DNA of 64,000 nucleotides from Geosiphon pyriformis uo1 (taxonomy: Eukaryota; Fungi; Glomeromycota): the NCBI GenBank assembly GCA_016748015.1, contig JAAOMT010000009.1:328459-392458 (forward strand), read 5' to 3'. Each line of letters begins with the position of its first letter. Positions within the stretch are counted from its first letter, which is position 1. Shown here piece by piece: positions 55,441-64,000 of the stretch. Position numbers and translations under genes: made by a program. Under the pieces are notes generated by a model. The model was not told the origin of the DNA, made no database searches, and saw nothing but the letters and a program-made list of their open reading frames with translations.

Positions 55441-57039
55441 ATCTTTTTGATTTATGGTATACAAGATGTAAGGAGACTTTAAATTGAAAATTGAAAAATG
55501 GAAAATGAGATATTGGTGAAACTTTGAAAGTATCAAGAGAAAAGATTTAGAGAAATGAATTTTGCAGTTTGAAATGCAAATTTATGTATCTGAAGATGGG
55601 TTAATATGAGAAACCAGTTCCTTGACATCATTTTCAAAGAAAATTCTGAAAAGAAACTGTTTACTAAATCATATTTATAATATAATAATTCGGATTCGGA
55701 GAATCCCATATTTGTTTGAATTTGAACACCATCAACTTCAATTAAAAGACGTTCAAGTTTTATTAGGTATGCGTTATGTTTTTGTTTTCAGCATTGTTCT
55801 ATCTGAAGCATTGAAATGAATATCATTTGACTAATAAAATATCGCCGAAATTAAGAATCTATTATTGGGAATTCGAAGATACGGTTCACAACTTGGTTTT
55901 GTCAACAAAAGTTTATAAAATATTTTTGTTTTCTTTTTATTAGAATAAAACTCCGTGTTTGATATGTTTCTAATTTTTATTAAGAATTTTCTTTCAAAAA
56001 AAAAGAATTGGTTTTTTAAAGCATTTAAAACTGTTTTACTCAATTTGATGAATTAAGAGTATTTTTATTATGAATATTTTATTTAATTCTATCCATAAAT
56101 AAAAGTTCATAACCTAAATTCAAAGTTACATAGAATATAAGATCTAAAAATTATTGAAATTTATTATTATTTAATCACTCATAAACTTGAATTCAGCTAA
56201 TTTATTGATACAATTATTGTCAACAAGATAAAAAAGTATAAAGGTTTAACAGGTTTTTAAATGAAAGAAGTGTGTTGAAAGTATGTTAAATTAGTTTTTA
56301 GATTAAAGAAATTTACACAAAAGATTGATTTAATTTGAATTCAGCTTGTTTGATATTATTATTATTATTATTATTATTAAAGATACTTTTATTTTGTTGC
56401 TTTTTGTTCAAGTTTTTTTATTTATTTATTTATAAGCTGAAAAGAATTTAATTTCAAAATTGTGAAAATGATTTGTCATGTCATAATTTATACAGTCAAA
56501 TGTTACTTTAATATAAAAGAAATTTTTTTCAGACACTTTTTTTAGTAATTTTACTTTAATTCGAAATAAATGTTTCAAGACTTTAAACATTGAGCAAGAT
56601 AACAGCCTCAAAGATTTAATAAAAATTATCAAAATATTAGATTTATTTAATCATTTTAAATTTGTTTTATGCTAGGAAAAACATTAAGAAATAGCTCCCT
56701 TTTAAAAAAAAATTCTTTTTAGAATACTTTTTTGAAAATCTTTGACAGCATGAAAAAATAATATTTTGGCACGAATGAATAAATGTATGATGATTTATTA
56801 TTATTTTTAGAATCTTTTTGATCAAGAAATGGCGGTAAAGATGAAGCTTTCTCCGAAATTCCTATCGTGATTATGAGTCAACATATGATAATCCACACTC
56901 ATATACATGTCATGTTGTCATTGTTGATTCATCAAGGGAGCAATCATCACGAGGGATGGTTGAACAAATACATCATACATGTAAAAATTCTTTGATTTTT
57001 GTTTCACCTTATTTGGATTGATTGAGTCGTACAATGATA

Positions 57040-57130
57040 CTTTTTTTTTTTAAAAAAAATGCTACCACCAGCGGACGTGTTGTTAACGACAGAATTCAGT
57101 AAAGTGCCAAAGTCTCACTCAGCTACTATT
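57040..57130 (-). ncRNA. Candidate Fanzor omegaRNA scaffold / element right end
   Basis: Position only: GC-richer segment just 3' of the stop, ending at a T/A run. Structure not verified. Confidence 0.35.
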
Positions 57131-59191
57131 CAAATTTTATGCAGCCATTTAATAGAGCTCGAAGAAAAATACCACGTGCACCGTTAACATCTCTATCAAT
57201 ATTCAAGTCGCACCCATGGCAACGGAAGGACTTCTTTCTTCCATGTTTTTCGTTGATCCACTCACATTGACTGCAGGTCTTGCTTGTATACGCCTCTGAG
57301 ACTGTGCACACTCGTTTTCCATATTCCTCGGCTTTTGATGAAAGCCTCTTCCTGAGCCTTGAGTGTGCCCATGTCATCATTTTTTGAACCGTCTTGGAAT
57401 TAATTTTCCGTTTTTAGGTCTTTCTCCCTATCTGGCTCGCATTGAAGGGTGGGATGATGATAATGTCAAACATTTTTACGAGCCATAGAGCGGTCTTCTT
57501 GTGGACCTCATCCACAAGATTGCGAATTCGTTGGCGCATTCGTGCTTGTGCACGTCGCATCGAGTTACGCTTCTTCGCAGGAGCCTGAGCCGTAAGAGAG
57601 ATTAGGCGATCGAGTGCGAGGCAGATGCGGACAAGCTTTTGGGCATTATTGCCCCCAATTTCGCCACAGCCTCGTGTTGGAGAATACCTATTAATTAATA
57701 GTACAACAGGTTGTAAATTAATTATAACATTTTATTTTAATATTTTATTTTTAACATCATTTCTGTTATTAACTTACCAGGTCTGAAAGGTACAAACACC
57801 TGGATCTAGAGAGCAAATTTCCACTTAGTTCTTGTCATCATCATTGGGGGTAGCCTTTTTTTCTCATAGACCCATATAAATGTCCACTGCTGAAGCAACT
57901 GATCATATACCAGCTTGCTATCACAATGTGCCTTTCCTTCCTTGTTGGGCCAATTATTTTTTTTTTTCGATCCTCAAAATGAAGTGAAGGTGTGTATTGG
58001 CATTTTTCCATCGTGAATAAATTTTTTGTTCTTGGGATGATGTCTTGGAATTTTTTTGCTTTTGTTTTTGGAACATAGTGATTGTAATGGTTCTTAAGGG
58101 CCAGATTCATGATTATTCTGTTGTTTTTTTTGTTTCTTTTGTCTGCTATTTTTTTGCTTGGAATTTTGATATTGAGGACTGGGTGTTTTCTTTTGGGATT
58201 CCTGTGATTGTTGACCAGACTTGTGGTTATTTTGTTTTTCATTTCGTCATTCCTTCAGTTTTTTGTTTTTTTTTGTTTTTATGGTTGATCATCAGAAATT
58301 TGCTCCCATGAATGAAGTTTATATTTATAAAACAACAAACCATTTTTGCAGTTTTGCTCCTGAATTGTAATTGTTTGTCGTAATTGTTTTCATGAGCGGA
58401 ACCAAAGATGATGCCAGGCAGGTTTTTCAAGCTTTTGTGCCTCAATGTTTCGGCAAATAACAAGCTCCTGGGCTTGGAGCCTCCCTTTATGGTTTCATCA
58501 AGAATGTTAGCAGGTACCTTTTTCATATAAAACCATGTTGTTGCAATGCGTTCTTTTAGTAAATCCCGAAAATGTTTAAAATCAGAGTGTTTATAGCCCT
58601 TTTTCTTTTCCTTTTTCCTTTTTTTCTTGTTCAAAACATAATCTTCTACTACCATGTTATATATTACCCTATAATAACAAGTGTAGCATAAAGTCAATAT
58701 TTCCAATATATATAACATATTTAAAATCTTAACCTCTTTTTACCTGGCACAGCCCATCCATTGTTTCATTATTATTTTTTGTTTTGCATTTGGATACACA
58801 CAAATTTTCAAACTCCTTATTATTTCTTCCACCTTTTGTTTCTTCCGAGTATAAGAAAGAAGACTTGCCCCAACTTTGCACTTCTTGTTGCTCATTTCTT
58901 CTTCACTGTTAACAATTGAGGTTTGTGTTGATTGTGATGATATCCTTAACCAGGTTATTGGCCGTGAAATTGGATGATGAGTCATTTTATGTGTGTGTGT
59001 ACCATGATGGTTTTTGTGTTGTTGAAGCAGTGGTGACAGAGTCAGTATCAGTGGACAACCACAGTCTAAATACCAAAATGATAGGTATAAGTCTTTACCT
59101 CCAAGCAATAAAGAGTAAAAAAAAGAAAAACACACCTCTTGGACCAAGCTGCGACATGATCGTTCCAGTAGGGTCTTGCCTGCGACATCAT
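57126..59191 (-). pseudogene. Fanzor2 (eukaryotic IS607-type TnpB RNA-guided nuclease) gene with three introns, disrupted by stops and frameshifts
   Basis: Spliced: MMSQARPYWNDHVAAWSKR|LWLSTDTDSV; HTH IRSLKICVYPNAKQKIIMKQWMGCAR|VIYN; RuvC-I ICSLDPGVCTFQTW|YSP; RIRNLVDEVHKKTALWL; RuvC-II IIIPPF; SEAYTSKTCSQC..FRCHGC zinc ribbon; RuvC-III DRDVNGARGI. Introns 59066-59135, 58669-58743, 57688-57777. Stops at 57825-27 and 57414-16. Confidence 0.92.
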
Positions 59192-59639
59192 CAAAAACGA
59201 GGTGAGAAAGGTATAATTGTTGATGTTGCTTCTTTTAAAAAGAAGAGGCAGGCATAAAATATGTAATAAAACGTAAGAATTCAGAAATGGTGGTCAGATT
59301 GTAAGCTCACGCAATTGTATATGTAACGATATTAATAATTAATTGATATTTAATTAATCAATACAATTAAAATGCCATATTAAACAATACAATTAAAATG
59401 GCATTAAAATATTAAAACTAAATTTATATTTAATATTAGTATTATAAACTAATACAGAATGATCTTGGGAATTACCCACCGTGATAGACTGCCAATTTGC
59501 CTTCTTCCAATATAACTTTTTTCTGGACTAAATCAATTTTTGATTTATGAATCATGTAAATTCGAATAATTTATCACCCATTTAGTTTTTTAATCTATCA
59601 CTTTAGCATTAAGTTTTTGTATTTTTAAACATTCCAATA

Positions 59640-60300
59640 TAGAGTACCCCAAAAAGCGACGCGCGATTCAAATTGAACACGAAAATTCTGACACTTTTTT
59701 CGATTTATTTTATTTTAAACAATTTATATGCTGAATAAAAAATATATCTAATTAATACTTTGTTGGCCCTCCATTTGACTTCAATATTACTTCAATCTTC
59801 CTTGACATTAAGGCAATAACTTCTTCGAGAACAGAGGCAATCTTAAGTTTCGAAAACAGATTTCAACAGCCTCCAAACGTTTCTCAATTGGATTCAGGTC
59901 TTGCGAATTCACCCACCAATTGATAGTCATAATTTTATTTTCCATCAAACATTTTCGCGATTTTTTTCTGCATTATGAATCGGCGCGTTATCTTGCGAAC
60001 TTTCCGGAACGTGCTAAGTTTTCACGTTTTCCCTGTTCTTTTGTACTTTGTCAATAAATCGGCGTATTGTTATGGTCTCACGTCATTTCCAAGAATTTTT
60101 TGCGATTTGAGCGGCATTTATGGTTTCAATGTATGCTTGAATCTTTCCTTTTGTTTTTAATTTCTTCCAACTATGTAAAAGTGAACGTCATTTTGTCACA
60201 TAACAAATATTATAATGTTGACGAGTTGTAAAAAGTAAACCGTTTTTCGAAAAAGGTAGAAAAATTGATACATGTATATTGATTTTTAAAAAATGGTTAT
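59640..60300 (-). mobile_element. Decayed, internally deleted Tc1-family element
   Basis: Minus-strand relics KYKRTGKRENLARSG, QDNAPIH, NSQDLNPIE and C-terminal MSRKIEVILKSNGGPTKY*. Left end TA-TAGAGTACCCC; other end not located. Confidence 0.8.
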
Positions 60301-60439
60301 ACATGCAAATCGTCTACAGAAAAATAAATTTCTTTAATTATGAAACATGAGCTAACAAAACTTTGAAATTTTACATTTTTTTTAATATTGGATTAAATAA
60401 TGTCTTGTGCTGACAATTGTAGCGTATGAGGTCAAAGGT

Positions 60440-61177
60440 CTCTCTTCAATCCTGTTAGGCGAAAATGTCCTTTACATTATTTTTTAAGCTATTAGGCATT
60501 TTTAATGTAACGCTATCCTTCAATGCTCTTTCTTCATCTTCCATTAAAATTTCATCCCAAAGTCCCACAAGCATAATTCAAAAACTGCCTCTTTGTGACT
60601 CAAGACAATAATGTTGTCGTAGTTCTGGCGAATATCATTACCCGTTGAACCTGATCTTGTGACATGCCTTCTTGTTCCGTAAAACTTTTGAAAATCATTA
60701 GCCAAATCTCCAAAGGCCATGTTAATTTTAAAATTTTCTTTACGGGATTCTTACTGCTCTTTATGGTTTTAGTACCAGCACTGAATAATACTACTCGCAA
60801 TAATCTGAGAAATTGTAAGGCTGCTAAGCCTTGATTTTTGTTATACCAATCGTTTTCTTTTAACAGTTGTAAATCGATGTTCCGACTTCAGACGCCAACT
60901 CATGTTGTCGTATATTTATCTTGGCTTTTATTAGGCCTTGATAATTAAGCGTTGATAAGTTGTGGTCATTAATCCATTGGAATCTCAAGGTTTCAAGGTG
61001 TATATTATTGAGCAGCGAATGACGAAATTCGATTAAATTATTTGTGTTGAAATCAAGAGATTTTTCATCGGTATCATAATATATTGCAAAACGAAGTACG
61101 TTTCCTTGATGGGTTTTTGGAATATCATAAAAATATGAATTAAAACTGGGAAAAAAAGTAATACATACATATGCCAA
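60440..61177 (-). pseudogene. Decayed coding sequence, possibly the C-terminus of an RNI/LRR-like gene
   Basis: Stop-interrupted fragments WPLEIWLMIF..MSQDQVQRVMIFA..TTL and LLNNIHLETL. Family call is weak. Confidence 0.3.
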
Positions 61178-62289
61178 TTATCAGTTTTTTCTTTTAAATT
61201 AGTAAGTTTATAAGATTAATAAAATGAGATGATTTATAGTAATCTGGTTGAGCAGTATTATCATTTACTTGTTTTTGATAAATCTTTTCTTTAAGAAATA
61301 AACGTTTGGATTAAAAAATCTTGTTATTATATTTGAATATATGTCAAAAAATTGGCTTTGTTTTAAAATAATAAAGAATGAGCAAATAATCAAGCTTTTT
61401 GACTAAAATACGTTTAAATGGAGGATGCCAACATAATTTTCCTTTTAAGGATTTTTGGCTACATACTCGCAAATTTTATTTTGATGAGATAAATCAAAAC
61501 CTTTTCATTCAGATATTCGGAAAAGGGAATTCATAATATCATATATCTCAAATTTCGTTATATATATATACTAATTTTTTTGAAATATATGTAATTATCC
61601 ATCACATCAAAGAGTCTCATCCTTTGATTTCAATTATAAAAAGTAAACTTGTTCATTCATAATTTTATTTAATTATGCTCATCTTTCTCGTAAACTATTC
61701 ATCATGATCAATCAGGTAATCATGTCGAAAGTTTGAGATTATTTTATTCAAACTACTGCCACTTTGAATATTTTTAATCGAAGAAAAAGGGTGTACATAT
61801 TTTTGCGTTCAAGAAATTTAGATTTAATTAAAATAACTTTAAAAGGCTTTATGCGAAATATATTTTTAATCCTGAACTCTTAAAATTATATATACATTTA
61901 GTGAGAAATTTTTTTGGGAATTAGAAAATATATCATCTTACCTCAGGATTTCCCGGTTAGAAACCAGAAAAAATTGCTTGGATCTTTTTAATTGGTCTCT
62001 GATTATACCCCAAATTTACCACGTGATAACAGTTAACTTACCTTTTTTGGCAAAATTTCATTCAGAGACGAACCAATTTTAATGGCAGTAAATAATACGC
62101 AATTGCGCATTCAATTTTCATTCCCGGTCTTTTATTCGAGATCCTATCATTCTATTCATAGCTACAAACAAATGAGTCAAGTTTCTCCAAAACCTATTGA
62201 AACCATTTTTTTTCATATACGTAAAGCCCCTTTTTTTTCAACTCATTCTTATCACCGCTTTTTCTGCTAAAATCACAGATTAAAAGGAA

Positions 62290-63753
62290 ATGGCATCTAA
62301 AATCGCAACATCTTTTACGGTTATCGTGGTGCTTTTGGCCTTATTCTACTGTGATGTTTTGCTTTATTTGGAAATTATTGGTGTTTTTCGAAATGTCGAG
62401 AGCTACGATGGGCGTGGGAATTGTCAGATAGTCCCTGGTATGCTACGCTCATTCTCAATAACTCGTTTAAATTTGTCCCTATTAGTAAAAGATGATGCTT
62501 CTTTAATAAAAAGGCCCTGAAGCTTGCGAAGATCTTGTCATTCATCACCGTAGCGGTTACGCTTTCGCTGCTTGTGGCTCTCTAGAAGATCGTTTATCAC
62601 AATGGTGGCCGCCCATCGCAAATTTTAGGAATTCCAGTTATGAACCACGTGAAAACCCATGGGTTTACAATATAAAGGTGATTGAAGATTTATCAGTTAA
62701 TTTCACAAATTTTACTCTTACTTAAATCGTTATAATTTTTTTTGGAAAAGACCAATGAGGCTTTTCCTTTAATTTTAAAAAATTTTCCCGAAACAGTAGA
62801 TGTCAGTCTCCTTGGCTTAAACTTCTATGACAATCCGGCTGATCCCGACAAAATATTTCTCTTTTTAATTAATTATCGACGTACTGGGAATGTGATTGAA
62901 GTATTCGAGCATAGGATTGCCACCCATGAAATATTCTACCTGAGAACTATCTCCCACGAGCTGATTCGGACTCCGAATAATATCTTCCCAGTCTCCCCTG
63001 ATGAATTTTTTATTACAAATGATCATTATTTTAAGGCTGGGTTAAAGAGAAAATTTGAGCGTAACTATTTTAATTCACATCATATTTAAAAATCGACTTG
63101 ATTCTCATGAAAAACTTTTCATTCTCATCCAATTCTAATACTAGACTTTACTAGAAGACCTTGGGGAAATATCGTTTTTCATTCTTCTTCAAAGAATGTA
63201 ACACGTATTGCAACAGAAAAAATTGCCTATCCCAATGGAATTTCGGGAAATTGGAATGCATCGAGGGTTTATGTTTCTTCGATAGGTGATGGAGAATTAA
63301 TCATTTATGAAAGAAATTCAGATAATCAATTAATTGAATTTGAACGAGTCTTTGTTGGCATGCCAATCGATAATCATGGAATTGATGAGGAGACTGGTGA
63401 GATTTATGTTGCAGGTAAAAATCAAGTTTTCTGCTACTTTATATTTTCACAATTTCTTTGCAGCTAAAGGTTTCCTCTTTGATGGCAAAGGTGTACCCAA
63501 GCCTTTGAGAAATCATTTATATTACAGTGATCCTACGGGAAATTCACCAAAAGCACCATTCACTATTCTAAAAATATCAAACAACACGGCAAAAGATTTA
63601 TTTTTCGAGAAAAAATATTTAGTCACAAAAGTTCTTGAGGATGATGGCGAAATCTTTCATTTCGTTACGACACCGGCTGTTGATAGGGGACGCAATGCTT
63701 TGTTACTCAGTTCAATCTTCATGAAGGGTATTATAAGATGCAAGTTAGCTTGA
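62290..63753 (+). CDS. Paraoxonase/arylesterase-like six-bladed propeller with N-terminal anchor
   Basis: GPEACED, IEVFEH, TPNNI, FFITNDHYF, YPNGISG, MPIDN; four introns. Confidence 0.85.
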
Positions 63754-64000
63754 ACTTCCCACATATCGTGGCGTATCATATAGTATTAAAAGCAATTGGT
63801 TATATCAATATCTTTCCCATCAAAAAATATTTTTAATTAACCTGATGGCAAACCTATATATTTTAAAAGTTAGGGAAGGAAACAAACGCCCTAATTGCAT
63901 ATATTAAAAATCAATTTGCTTAAGAGTCGATATTATTGAAAAAATTAGCAATTGAAATATCATGACACTCATTCACTCCTAATTTCTTGGTTGTGATTAT

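Noticed and set aside
57126-59191. Fanzor as bacterial contamination or as an active nuclease
   Set aside because: Spliceosomal introns and fungal flanks argue against contamination; stops and frameshifts argue against activity of this copy.
59640-60300. Adjacent Tc1 as the Fanzor's mobilising transposase
   Set aside because: The Tc1 has its own apparent terminus at ~59640 and the Fanzor carries an IS607 TnpA shadow; adjacency is probably incidental.

Overview
AT-rich, intron-rich eukaryotic DNA, most likely an early-diverging fungus. Glomeromycota-like is my inference from gene content (TKL receptor-like kinase, several Lipase_3 genes, Kelch-TM protein, Tc1 relics). Host genes: a synaptojanin-like SAC1/5-phosphatase, three Lipase_3 genes (two lacking the catalytic Ser), a BLVRB-like reductase, a Kelch-TM protein, a receptor-like pseudokinase, a paraoxonase-like protein and several small secreted or unknown proteins. 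Mobile DNA: four decayed Tc1/IS630 elements and two decayed IS607/Fanzor2 (eukaryotic TnpB) elements. Highlights: (1) a secreted LPMO-fold protein with a damaged histidine brace, fused to Kex2-type repeats predicted to release a disulfide-looped, neuropeptide-like QRDPCFSNCG peptide; (2) a Fanzor2 gene with three spliceosomal introns, whose N-terminus is the alternate reading frame of an IS607 serine recombinase, with a second copy lacking two of those introns; (3) a ~2.2 kb island depleted of TpC/GpA, suggesting a RIP-like process with an unusual target; (4) repeated loss of catalytic residues in secreted or surface enzymes. All exon structures were read by hand.
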